Source of the DNA: Chiloscyllium plagiosum
Taxonomy: Eukaryota
Direction: 5' to 3'
Assembly: GCF_004010195.1 (NCBI RefSeq)
Contig: NC_057723.1
Span: 47,146,532-47,210,531, forward strand
DNA: 64,000 nucleotides
Both the position numbers and the translations under genes were made by a program. Positions 37,906-50,428 of this stretch are shown here, one piece after another. Under the pieces are notes generated by a model. It was not told the DNA's origin. It made no database searches and saw only the letters and a list, made by a program, of their open reading frames with translations. The stretch's first letter is position 1. Every line of letters starts with the position of its first letter.

Positions 37906-39379
37906 CATAACGATTGTGTTTCATGAGTCCAATATCCAGGGAGGAGGAACTGTGAATGTATGAGTGTTTTGTTTGGCTAGGCTGAGTTATTATTATTTAT
38001 TTGTTTGTTGTTCGTTATTTATTTATTTAGTTAAATAGCTAGTTTAGGTTTTTTTTAAATTTTATATTTTCCTATATATGTTTATACATTTGTACAAGAG
38101 GGTGGGTTGGGGATTTTTTTATTATTTGGGTTTGTTTTTGTATTATTTTGAATTGCATTGCTTTGTACTTGTTGTAATATTAAAAAAACTATTTTTTCTC
38201 AATAAAAACATATTATAAAAAAAACTAACAAGGAATTTGGTTTCAAAGAAAATGTTAACAATATGTTAATGTATATAGTTTGAATCAGACCATGTGTGCC
38301 TATGAAATGGTGAACTATATCAAATTGGTTCCATAACTTCATACATGAGGGGATCCTATCAGTGAGCAGGGACGGCAACCATAATGGCTGTTTCGATCAC
38401 TGGCTAAGGGCCAAAGGAAAGTCCTTTGGAGAGAATCAAATAGGATGGGATTGGCACCAGCCCAGGATTTTATTGGGAAGCCAAACGAAGGCTTACTGTC
38501 CTTCCTGCCTTCACACTAAAGTAAGAAATGAAATGGTAAACTTCCCTTTTTCGGTCATATCCTCCAGAGGTCTCTTTTTAAAGCCCAAAGACGCTGACCA
38601 AAGATTGCATGTTTATTATTTATAGATTCAAATCTCAAAGGACCAAAAACCATCTTTAGGCTCCCCAACTGGACAAGAAGTGGTCCTGAAGTCAGTATCA
38701 ATCATGTACTATAAACACCTACACTTAGTGTCTACACTAGCATTCGCATCAAGACACTGACACTTCTGGCTTGGAATTTTTGCCATATTGGATTCTTAGG
38801 TATCCATTTGACACTGGTAATATGGTTGAAATGCCACCACATTTCTAGGATTACATTTCTATCATGCACAAATTGCCAAAATATAAATCCAAAGTGCTAT
38901 TTTTATTGCCAAATTATGATATGATTCTGAATAAATGGCAATCTTGTAACGGGGTTACCTAATGAAGTTGGTACTGTTTCATCCACACCAAATAATGGAT
39001 TTCAGCAAATCCCATCTGTTTGGGATTGCGTAGCTCCATATGGTGCACTTTCAATGATGGCTGCAGAAACTAATCCTGGATAAATTGGTTCTTTTTGTGC
39101 TGCTCATGCATGTTCAGTCTATGTGATTGAAAATGGATGAAGACATTATTGTAAGTGAATTGAAGCTGGAGTTTCATATACTTTACATTTTTACCTCTTC
39201 AATGACCTAGCATCCAGCAGATGTAGAGCCAACATTTTGGTCCATTCAAATGACAATGACTCTGCTCATCCTGGTAGTGGTCTAAGCCATTTTCACTTGA
39301 AGTTCGCATCTAAAGACAGCAAGTGATAGCAAAGAACACAACTCACAATGGGCAGCATTGGCACTGATGGTTGTCTGAT

Positions 39380-40980
39380 TATCAAATGCTACCTCAGAGT
39401 CTGCACATGTCCATTCACCTTGCTCTACCCAACAGCCCACCTCCATCTATTCCCCTTCTGTAGAAACTCATAAAATTGAACTTTGCCTCCAACTGTCCCA
39501 TCTCTTCCCAACACTACACTTAAATGATGCACACCTGGTCTTCTAACCACCCCCTGTGAATGCCATAGTTGTAGTCACAGCCAATAAACACCCGTACCGT
39601 GCTTACCATGTACTCCGCTGCTATTCCACCGACTTGCCATCACCACACATGCCATATACCTTAACCTTCCCCAGTCATCATCCTTGTCCAGACCTCTGCA
39701 CATGCCTTGAATTTGCCAAAAGGGACAGCAAGGGATTGTGTTCAGGTGGAAGGAGTGATCTGTACCTCCCTCAATGAACAATGGATGTACTCTCAGGACC
39801 CTCAGGACTACATTCACTTTAGACCTTCATTCCCTAGTTTTTAATGATAGTAACCTAGACTTGACTGGCTAGATCCCAGACCACAGTTTGCTGCTCTGTG
39901 CTGGATGATATGCAATTCCCTTGATGTCTTGTGATGACCCTCTGACTACAGTTGGCTATATTCCATGTCCATGCCTGGTTCGAGTGGATGACTGACCGTG
40001 GCCAGCCCTCTGAGTCTGTTACCGCTGGTGCAAGAATCCCTTATCTGAAAGCAGCCATCCTTGACAGGAGTGTGGTATAGCCTCCCTACTCGCACTCTAC
40101 TGTGGCCATTTTGCTTGGGTAAATGTGCAGTATATTTGCTGCTTAGGCAGCTGGTACATGCTGTAGATGTTAGACTGATGTCTCAGTGTGCTGTACAGTA
40201 GCATGACTTACTCACTCCCAAACAGATCTTTACTGACAAGCAACTTGCTATGTGCCTGTGGAAAAAATTGCATCAATTCAGCTGTACTGATAGCCTTTGG
40301 CTCTGGCTGAAGTGCCAATGTGCCAACAGGCAGGTCACAGCATGGCAAGGCAAGTCATAGATGCTGTGGGCATGTAGGTAGGTACAAAGTAAGTGAGTAC
40401 TAAGAAAGCAAGGGAGCAGGCACCAAAAATGCAGCCTGGTCCACACCATGAGCTGGTTGTCTGTTTTTACAACAATCTTTCAATGCTAATTGCTGGTGTG
40501 CCCTGCAATGGAAGTTTGTGCTTCCTAATTGTTCTGCAAATGGATTGGAGATGTGGCATGAGGATCATGAGGAGTTGACAAATGTCGAATGCCAATGCCG
40601 ATAGACAATGGGTTTAAGTGCCGGGTCTATGGATCATGCCCTGAGATGCTTTTTGCTGCTGAATAAGATAGACCTTCAAAGGTGTGCTGAAACTGCCAGG
40701 GGTATTCTCTGACTTCCATGTCTTGATTTCTAGCTTGTTTGTTGCATTTGGTAAGATAGGAAGCTGAACAATGATGGGGTGAATGATAGCATCAACAAAG
40801 TGTTTAAAAGCTATAATCCTCCCTGTTTAGGAACTTGCTGCTGCCAAGGGAGCAACTTGCCTGGATGATCAGCAAGTTGCTCCTGATGTCAAGATGCATC
40901 CATCCAGGCTTCTCACATGATTTTGCCATAAACCTGGCCATTGCCTATGTTGCTCATGTTCTTTTAAGATTCTGCCACCT
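39380..40980. mobile_element. Second old copy of the Harbinger-derived family at 1440-4385
   Basis: ATGCAGCCTGGTCCACACCATGAGCTG and GGAGATGTGGCATGAGGATC align with 3898-3924 and 4034-4052. Confidence 0.5.
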
Positions 40981-41049
40981 CAGCTTCTTCATGATACCTC
41001 AAATCTGCAAATATTCTAGGAATTCTCTTAGGATCTTTCCATAAAGTCT

Positions 41050-41700
41050 TTCCCTCCTTCTGGCATACAATTTTAAAATATTCTCATAGGGGGGTCAACC
41101 TGTTCCATAGGGAGTTTTGATAAACTTATGCCTTTATTTATGAAATTCAATGTAACCTTGGTTTTAGGTATTTACAACTACACCATTGTCAGGCATTTGC
41201 ATGCAATTTGGTTCTTATTATGTACCAGTTCCCCTTCTTTGGACTTGATCTTATGTTAACAGGGTGTCTTAGGAATGTTCTCATGGACTACTTTACAATT
41301 TTAGAGGTTACCCTTTGGTCTTCTAGGATGCCTTCTTCATTCTCACTAACTCATTCAGTGAGTGATGTAATAACAATACTTTCAGTATCTAAGTCAACAA
41401 ATGGGATGTATATGGATTCACCCAGAAGCAGAATTGGAGACATTAATTAATATTTTCAATAATTATCAATTCTCTATTCCTCCTAAATCCCCAACAGCAT
41501 TCACTTCTAAAAGCCACAGTATTGAAATTGGCAAATTAACACACCAGTTGGCAAAAAATGTATTTTGAGAATAACTGACAAATATTTCTACACAAAGCAG
41601 CCCACACTCTAAACACACATTCTGCAGATTGTCAAGATCACCACTGATTTGGTTCCATTGTACAGAGATAATGTTGCAACATTTTAACTCGGTAGTCATT
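41050..41700 (-). mobile_element. Ancient L1-like endonuclease fragment
   Basis: FANWCVNLP...NAVGDL loosely matches L.NIYAPN...IIGGDFN. Confidence 0.3.
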
Positions 41701-41836
41701 ACTGTATATCATCTCAATTGCAGATATCACTTTAACAAATGGCAGTGTTGATTGTAATTGATAATCATGGTGGTACACATATGTTAGTGATAGCACTTAG
41801 GTCTTTCGTCAATTAGTATCTCCTAAGTGGCAGCTG

Positions 41837-42014
41837 GTTAAAAAAATCACACAACACCGGGCTATAGTCCAACAGGTTTATTTGGAAGCACTAGCTTTCA
41901 GAGCACTGCTCCTTCATCAAGTCAGCAGTGCTCTGTGATTGTGTGATTGTGTGATTGTGTGTTGTGTGACTTTTAACTTTGCATACCCCAGTTCAACACC
42001 GGCATCTCCAAATC
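41837..42014 (+). mobile_element. Penelope-derived fold-back mini-element (second subfamily)
   Basis: AAATCACACAACAC at left, GTGTTGTGTGACTTTTAAC at right, 37-nt tail; decayed minus-strand hammerhead near 41890-41920. Confidence 0.8.
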
Positions 42015-43654
42015 GCTGCTTTCTCTATGTATGTACGTATCAAGCTCTTGGACATGTATAGGCAAATGGACCCAAGGTAGCAGATTTTATTTCTTTCCCT
42101 GCAGCTATTATTCAGAGGGATCAAGGATGGGGATGTGATATTCTGTACCATAACAACATTTACAGTAAGGTAGAATGATTTATGGTGATGGGGGAGTCTT
42201 TGTAGCTGAGTTCAAAAGAACAACTGAACAAATTCAACTTGGTGGCAATATTGGATCAGTGCTAAACTTGAAATAGTTAATATTTTACACTTGAATATTT
42301 AATTAAGAATGGTATGCAATTTCCCGAAACATCCAAACATGCATGCTTATTTCTCAATTCTGTCTTCCCTGAATTTTAGAATGTAATCAGAATCAGTTGT
42401 ACAAAGTTTATGAGCTTGGGAATTCATAATTATGGTGACTTAATTGCCTTGACATGGATTAGTGCCCCACCAGAATGTTACAGAGCTACATTGAAGTTAA
42501 TGGTATGTGCACTGCTGGAATTTGTCCAGGAATATTTAAGAGATTCTGTCAGGAGGAAGAATTATCGCATTCATATGTTTAATCAATATGACCCGCAAAG
42601 AGTCTTTGCAAATAGTAACTAAGGACCAATATGATTCCTAAAGTCCCCTGTAAAATATTTCCAAAAACACTCACCATCAAGCTTAAATAGGATGTTGTCA
42701 AATGAATGAATCTTGACTAAATGGGAAGTATGGTTAACTTTGTTGGAAAGTAATACAAGGATAGTTAGTAATTTAATTTATTTGGCAGGGAACATGACAA
42801 TTTGGCAGCCAGCATCCATGAAGTTGATAAGTGTGAGGGAATACAGTCTCCAATATTTCTATTCTATGCATGTCTTTTATATAAAATAGCAAGATTCCAA
42901 TCAATAGAAGTTACATAAATTTGTCCATCTCAACTCTTAGATTGAATAATGGAACAAACTGATAGTGTTTCTATTTGCTTTGCCTTTGCTGGTGCTGAAA
43001 TCATAGGTTGAAATGATTCACAGTCATCGCATTAATTATTAAATATTTAGGCTCAAACAAAAAGGTATTACTACTATTTATTAATTATTCTTAGACTTGG
43101 TTGATGTTTTGACAATCTTTGAATTTAACTGTAACTAAAAGAATGCTCTTAGAAATTAATTATGAGTCAATGATATTGCACAATACTTTGCCAACATTAA
43201 ACTTGGGAAATTATGGCCATGAATTATGTTCTGGACTTGGCTTTTTAAAATTAATAGCAGAACATATACTTATTGAATAGAGATAATCTGGTAAATATCT
43301 ATCTTTCTATCCAGGGAAAGAATTAAATGTGGACTTCTTAACACTCTATTATCTGTCAGTTTAAGGAAAACAACTCCATCAAAGTATCCGTTCCAAGATT
43401 TACCCCAGTAGCAGGCTTGATTCAGAGCTGTGATAGAGGAGGCTTCTTACCCACCTGATGACTGATCATGGCCAAACTCAGGACTGTGTGCAGATTGCAT
43501 CCTTAATTGATGGGACCTTCTGACCAACAGTATCCCTTTCCCCTGACTAGATTGAGGACTAGCCCTCAACGACTTTGTGACTTGACTTTTGTTGAATAAA
43601 TGTGTAGTGCATTAGTTGCACAAACAGCTAGCACATGCTATCAGTGTTAGAATG

Positions 43655-43912
43655 ACATCTCAGGGTGCCGTACAGCATGTCTATATGGGTTACCTCCAAA
43701 TGCTCAGGTTTCACCCCACAGTCCAAAGATATGCAGGTTAGGTGGATTTGCCATGGGAAATTGTCCATAGTGTCCAAGGATGTGCAGGTGAGCTGGATTA
43801 ATAATGGGAAATGCAGGGTTACAGAGGTAGTATAAGATGTGTTGGTCTGAGTGGGACGCTCTTCAGAGGGTTGGTGGGCTGAATGGCCTGCTGTTATACC
43901 ATAGAGGTTCTA
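43655..43912 (+). mobile_element. Old partial HE1 SINE
   Basis: CCACAGTCCAAAGATATGCAGGTTAGGTGGATT...GAATGGCCTG. Confidence 0.8.
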
Positions 43913-44377
43913 TTATACAACAGAGTTTCCTTTATTTTCCATTTAATGTGGTGGTCTTTCACTGAAACATAAGCTCATAAATGTGCAGATTTATTTAATA
44001 ATAAGACAGAAGTTTATTACGCAAAAGGAATTTAACAAAAAGAAACAAACCAAGTTATCTAATTGAAATAAAATTTGAAATACTTCAAAGCTCTCAACAA
44101 AATAAACTCCCATCTACTCCCTGGCATCTTTCCTTACAATTAACCAAAATCCATAGAAATTCCTTCCCCATCAAATCTATTGGTTTGATATAATTGTTTC
44201 TTCTCAGACTTGGTCCTATGAGCTATGAGACTTTTTCCTCCAATCTTCACAAAACTGAGTGCTTAGACTTTCTTAGACCTGAACAATCTGTAGGCTTCTA
44301 ATCAAACACTCTCAGTTTGGAGGTTTTCACAAACTTTACATTTTCCCTGACTGCTTTGAACAATCGTCTTTGTTTAG

Positions 44378-44946
44378 CCAAAGTCAGAAGTCACAAAACA
44401 CCAGGTTATAGTCCAACAGGTTTATTTGAAATCACAAGCTTTTGGAGCGCTGTTCCTTTGTCAGGTGAAGTGAAGAGAAGCATACAAACACAGAATTTAT
44501 GTGCAGAGAGATAATGGTAAGATAATTCCAGATAATAAGTGTCAAAAGATAAATACAAATAAAGTGAGTGGAGTCGACAGGCTGAAGAACAAGCCTTTGC
44601 AGGTGACAGAAGTGTCAAACGGTGGTGTATGAGTAAAGTGTCAACAGCTGAATGGCAAGTGAAAGGATGACCTATGATCCGATTCATAGTTATAAAAAAA
44701 ATCAAAAAGATAAGATGGTGCTAGAGCCAAACCAAATGGCTGTAATAACATGACAAGTATAAATGTCGCATGACGAGGGCCCAACCATTGGGCACAACCT
44801 TTGCCTATGTGCTTCTGTCCACTTCACCTGATGAATGAGCAGTGCTCCGAAAGCTTGCAGTGTCAAATAAACCTGTCCGACTATAACCCGGTGTTGTGTG
44901 ATTTCTGACTTTGTCAACCCCAGTCCAACACCTGCGCATCCACATC
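44378..44946 (+). mobile_element. Penelope-derived element with inverted ends, each carrying a hammerhead motif (second subfamily)
   Basis: 44379-44480 is the inverse of about 44815-44913; plus strand CAC CTGATGA ATGAGC AGT GCTCC GAAAGCTT at 44825-44856; 33-nt tail; imperfect 9-bp TSD CTTTGTTTA / CTTTCTTTA. Confidence 0.82.
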
Positions 44947-46277
44947 CTTTCTTTAAGAGAGACTATACTGACATATGACTTCAATGAGATCTTCTTCAAA
45001 CTGCCCAAAGGCTTTCCAATGTCTGTGTTTTTCTAAGATAGAATCAATCCTGGATTCTAAAATCAGAACCAAGCTGCTATATTTCAAAGCTTTCTCTCTC
45101 CAATTGTAAACCTCCAAAATATAACAAATTTGCACTACTACTCCAGGAGTCACATGCTAATTTGAAATCATGGTTCTGTAAAGACTGACTTAGTTAATTT
45201 TTAAACGCTTCAGAATATGTCAGTAAAAGGAATGCACCCGTATATGGAAGTTATACCTTTCATCACATTGTTGATTACAAGGAATGTTAAATTCAAGTAA
45301 AAAGGTATCATATGTTTAGGGCATGTTACAGGCAGCTGAAAGGATATGGAGAAAATAGTATGCTAATTCTTGCCATCAGTGCAGAATTAAATATAGCATA
45401 ATTTCTTTCTACAGTACTACAGAATTATCAATTTCATGTGTATATTCCAAGAGATGCAGAGTAGGACAAGGGCAAAGCTGAGAGACTCTGGAAGGAAATA
45501 TGCAACAAGAAACTTAAGTGAACAAAAGCAACTGTGAATTGATATTCAGTGCAGCTTGCACTATAACTATTGGTCGTTGATAAAATAATCAACAGATTAA
45601 AACGTGACCCAGTATGACAATGGATATATTAAGTCCTATGATCCACAAAGAATTACAATTTAAATAGATTCAAAAAGAGAGATGTGGAGCACAGGAGGAC
45701 TAACATTGCATACTTATAAAGTAATTAACAGTGTAAACACTAAGATTTTACAATAATGCAATAAAGCACTGATATAACTATTTCTTTTATATGTTTAAGG
45801 TATAGAATGGCAATTACTGGGCCAGTTACAACATGTTTTGCTGCAAAATAATCTTGCATGTGCACTGATGGAAATCAGGAATTAAGTTAGTGATCTATAG
45901 ATAGAGCAGGAAGTCAAAGTCACCTCCAGGAAGTAGTCTCACACAGATTGGCTATCAACTAGTTCCAGTAAAATTGCAGACTCCTGTGGACTTTATATGA
46001 TAAATTTTTAATATTCTTAACAGTAGATAAGTAACATGAATATTAAAGATGACATTAGCTGTCCGTTCTGTAACAGGGTGATAGCAGCCCCAGCGAATGA
46101 ATATGTCTATCTCCAGATAAATTTATCTATCTATGGGGAGAGTTGGTGCACATTCTGGGCCACCTACTTGAACTGGTACCTAACTGTTCAGTTATATCAC
46201 AGAAGTTCAGTATTGCTTGCCTATTTTGAATTTACAGATGAAATCAAAGCCTGTGGTGAAACTGTTGAAATTTACTT

Positions 46278-46361
46278 AAGAGAAACAAAATTGCTGGAGA
46301 AACTTAGCAGGTCTTAGAGAAAGCAGAGTTAACATTTTGAGCCCAGTGACTCTTCTTCAGA
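46278..46361 (-). mobile_element. Isolated PLE terminal-repeat arm with decayed hammerhead (third subfamily)
   Basis: Reverse complement TCTGAAGAAGAGTCACTGGGCTCAAAATGTTAACTCTG. Confidence 0.7.
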
Positions 46362-46874
46362 TGCAAAAGAAAGATGGGATGTGCATTTCCACACTTTGTT
46401 TTCTTGAGGAACTTGCTTTTGATTGCCTTTGTGGATTTGGAGAGTAATTTTGTTGGAGTCATAGGTTCTTTAGCCCCTGAATTGTGTTGGATAATTAATA
46501 AAACTGCCTTTGGCTTTTTGAAACCAAAATGTCCATGCATGGAGAGTATTGACCTGTGTTGCTTTGTTGACACATTATTGATAGAGATAGGTCAGCTAGT
46601 CATTCTGTTTCTACCTTTGTTCATATGCTTGCAAGATAGATGAGGGACAAATTCAAAGATGCTTATTTTAAGGCTCAAAATTGCCAATATATTCACATCA
46701 GAAGGCAAAAGCTCATCTCAAAATGAACAAACATCCATTATGACTGCAGGAGGCACATACTTGTTTAAAATTGTGGTTCTAGAAAGACAGACTTAATTGA
46801 TTTTTAAAATCCTTCACAAGAATAAAATAATACCCATATGTCATAAGTTTAGAGTTCAAATTATTAAAAATGAT

Positions 46875-47082
46875 AAAAACTGAAAGAACTTCAGATGCTG
46901 TAAATCAGAAACAGAAACAGAAATTGCTGAAAAAGCTCAGCAGGTCTGGCTGCATCTGTGAATGGGAATGTTTCGGGTCCAATGGTTCTGAGGAAGGGAC
47001 ACTGGACCTGAAATATTAACTCTGATTTCTCTTCACAGACACTGCCAGACCTGAGGAGCTTTTCCAGCGATTTCTGTTTTGT
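46875..47082 (-). mobile_element. Penelope-derived fold-back element (third subfamily)
   Basis: Inverted arms, 34-nt tail, GTT CTGAGGA AGG..CCT GAAATATT AAC core; TSD TTATTAAAAATGAT at 46861-46874 and 47083-47096. Confidence 0.88.
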
Positions 47083-50000
47083 TTATTAAAAATGATTGAT
47101 TTGTGTATCTATGTATGTAAATTCAAATAAAAAGGCATCATATGATTTAAACAGTTTAGAGATTGTTGCAAGAAGATAACTTGCCTAATTTAAATAATTA
47201 TAGTAATGTTCAAACACTAACCTGACCTCATGAGGTAGCTTGTAGCTTTTCTCTGCGCCAATTTTAGCTGGTTGTGATACTGCCATGCCCATAATTTGGG
47301 AGGAATATCTGGGAAAGGGGAGAGAGTTAGACATGCATCTACCCTCCTTGGACAGTAAGTTTGAAAGGGAAACAACATCTTCCTGATAGAGTCTTTGAGG
47401 ATCATTAGCCAGGTCACAGAACAAGCCTAAAAGAAATTGACAGATGATCTCCATTGCGTGCTTCATTCAGCTTCTGACCAGCTTCAGAGAGGAAGCATAC
47501 AGCAAGGAATTGTCTGAAATATCTAAACATTACATACACCAATATGGTGTTACCTCAAGTGCTTTTGGGATTTGGGGCATATCCCTGTGAAACTCCGATC
47601 ATCTTTCCTTCCATTTTATGTCTAAAAAATAGATGAATGGAGGTCCAGTTATACCATCTCAAAGCTTGTAGGTAGGAACATTCCCAGAATTTATAAGTCT
47701 AATTCTTATGAACTCATGTGATCAGTTATTTGCTGTGCCCCTCTAGAAGGATAATGACAGCTTCTGAGATATCACAGTGATGAACGTCTGTCTCCAGAAA
47801 TTCTGTTTTGGCTTATGAGCCTCTTTGCAGTTTACTTTTTTACATTTTACCTCCTATTGTGTAACTCCTTACCTTTAATCATTATTTGTCAATGTAGAAG
47901 CAAACTGATGGGTGGCACAAACAATCCAACTGTGTAGGCATATGGTGTATAGGAGCACAAGAGGAAACCTAATGGAATTTGGAGAATGGAACTGCATTAC
48001 AAAGTACAAACTTAGAAAGTGATTTGAGAACTAATGGATAAATCTATGAAATTCTTATCACCTAAGTGAAAAAAAGGCAAAAAAAAGTGAAATGCAATTT
48101 TATGTTTTGACAAGATGCTTGGAAATGGTTAGCCTTCCACGATGCCCTTCAAGCATGAGTCATCAATCATTGAGAGCTAGCATACTTTGTTGACAAGGAC
48201 ACAGTCATTATTATATGATAACAAATGCTTGGTTCAACTTCTCAAGCAATTTAATTTTTCTAAAAATGGGAATGGTGATAGAAATTCAAAGGGTCATAGT
48301 CTATAAAATGAACAAAATGCTAAGAGTTATCCTGCTGCAAGATCAGTTTAAGAAGAAGATGCAAGTTGTGAGAAAATAAAGATGCACTTATGGAATGAGA
48401 ATGCAAACTATTTTTTACTACCTTAATTATCTTCACACATTTTCCAAGGTTAATGATTCTTTTTAGAACACAATATGAACATGTACATTGCAGTATTACA
48501 ATAGTTCGTAATAAATACAAATATGTTATAGCTTGATCTTTGAAGGAGGGCAACAGTCATGGGACCTTTATGGAAATTTATAAATGATAGATCCAGGGAG
48601 AAATGGAATTCAAATTAATGGGAACCATCATTTCAAGATATACCAGGATGCTAGAGGAAAGGAACAAGACCATGTTTGGTGAAAGGAATGTGTGAGCCAA
48701 ATGACGAAAAGAATTTCATGCTATGGAAATCATCACTTACAATAATTAAATTAAATCCAGTTAAAGATATGTCGGACAATCCACTACCTATATTTGTCTC
48801 TTATTTAGTAATTTAAAAAATTTGTTATTATGTAAAGGTAGAAAAATTATGTGCCCAATATACCACACAATACCACAACTTTAGTAATTAAATCTAACAT
48901 TTATGCTGCTGGCAGGGTATGCACCACCTGGCTTAAAATTGTCCCCTGGACTGACAGCAGTCATCAACTTGGCTGGATTACAATGACCTGGCCCACTGTC
49001 TGTGTTCAGGTTGACACCATCTGGTGCTGTGGCCTTCTTTGCTAGTCCGCCAGAAACAGAGCAGCCTTCTCCTCCACCACCCTATCCATTCGAATCTCCA
49101 GGCCTTGGAACATCTCATGGACAAAAATGTTGAAGCAGCAGACTACCAAGGGCAGTTCTTGGCTTGCAGTATTTGAAGTGTTGTACAACTGGGGTTTCAA
49201 TATGATTCCAACTATGCCTTTACAGCAGCAAACACTTCCACCTCTGTTGCTGTGAGATGGAATTTGAAGGGCATCGTAGAGCCTGGCATCATGATTAATG
49301 AGGCTATTAGTGGAAGTTTGTGTGAGAAACATTTCCATGGGTCATAGTGGGACACCTCCTTCATACTTCTTGTGGAGCTGCTTAAGGTGTTTTCCAAATA
49401 GTCCAAGTTACGTGCTGTATCCAACAATACCTCACATATAAAAACTTGGCATTGTCATGTAATGCATGAAAATGCTGCTGCTCCTCATTTTTGTATTCTG
49501 TATCAGCTTCCATCGAAGCACTAACTTTCAATTTAAAATTATTTTACAGTAAAAGTGGTGGACAATCTCAAATAAGCAGCATGCCATGTCAACACCAGGC
49601 ATCAGACTACATCACGGCACTATAATTGCTAACTCTCTAAATTTAATGCAAAAATAAACAAAGATAAAAGACTTTACTGATTTAGAAGGTGACATTTCTC
49701 AACAGTTCTGTTATGAGGGGTAGGCACTAATGTGATCATAAATCACATTTTCTATATCTTTTTCTTTCCTGTGCACATTTCTTGTTTTACTTATATCTTA
49801 TTTTGTAGTTATGGCCAATCCTATTGTCTAAGTGAGTCCCATTTTTACCAAATAGTGATAGAGACCCAATGGTTTCATGCAACCCTGATTTTGCATTTAT
49901 TTCCCACTTGCTTCAGCAGTTCAAATGAAGATCAGAATGTTCACTCACCCTATTTTCACCAGCTTGGTAGGATTAAGATTGGAGCCAGACAGAAAATTGA

Positions 50001-50428
50001 GAAGAAGATTGACTGAAAACATCAACAAAGAGGTAGGAAAATGAAAGGTAATATATTCAGTATGTTTTTACAAACATTGTCCACAGGTCAAAATCCTGAA
50101 ACTGCCTCCTTAACAACACTTATAGGTGTACCAACAACGCATGAACTATGATAGTTCAAGATGAGGGCTCGCCACCACCTTTGTGGGACCAATTAAGGAT
50201 TGACATTAAATGATGGACATGCCAGTAATGACCATATCCATCAAACAAATTAAGACAAACATGATATGGAGGAGAAGTAGGCTTTTTCACTCTGTACATG
50301 ACAGTGCTATATTGAAGTTGCCCTACTGCGAATGCATACTGGTTGATATAGGAAAGTGTTGCATTTCCTTCATGTGAGCATCTCCTATTTAACTGCAGAA
50401 AAAAAAGCATAATAAATGAACATAAAAA

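Larger units (their letters stand above)
31702..38224 (+). mobile_element. Near full-length decayed L1 retrotransposon with two nested CR1 insertions
   Basis: 5' UTR starting at YY1-like AAAATGGCGG, ORF1, AT-rich spacer, APE/RT/CCHC ORF2, 3' UTR, AATAAA at 38201-38206 and A-rich tail. Confidence 0.93.

Noticed and set aside
31696-38228. AACTAA as the L1 TSD
   Set aside because: Only 6 bp in A-rich context; plausible but not distinguishable from chance.
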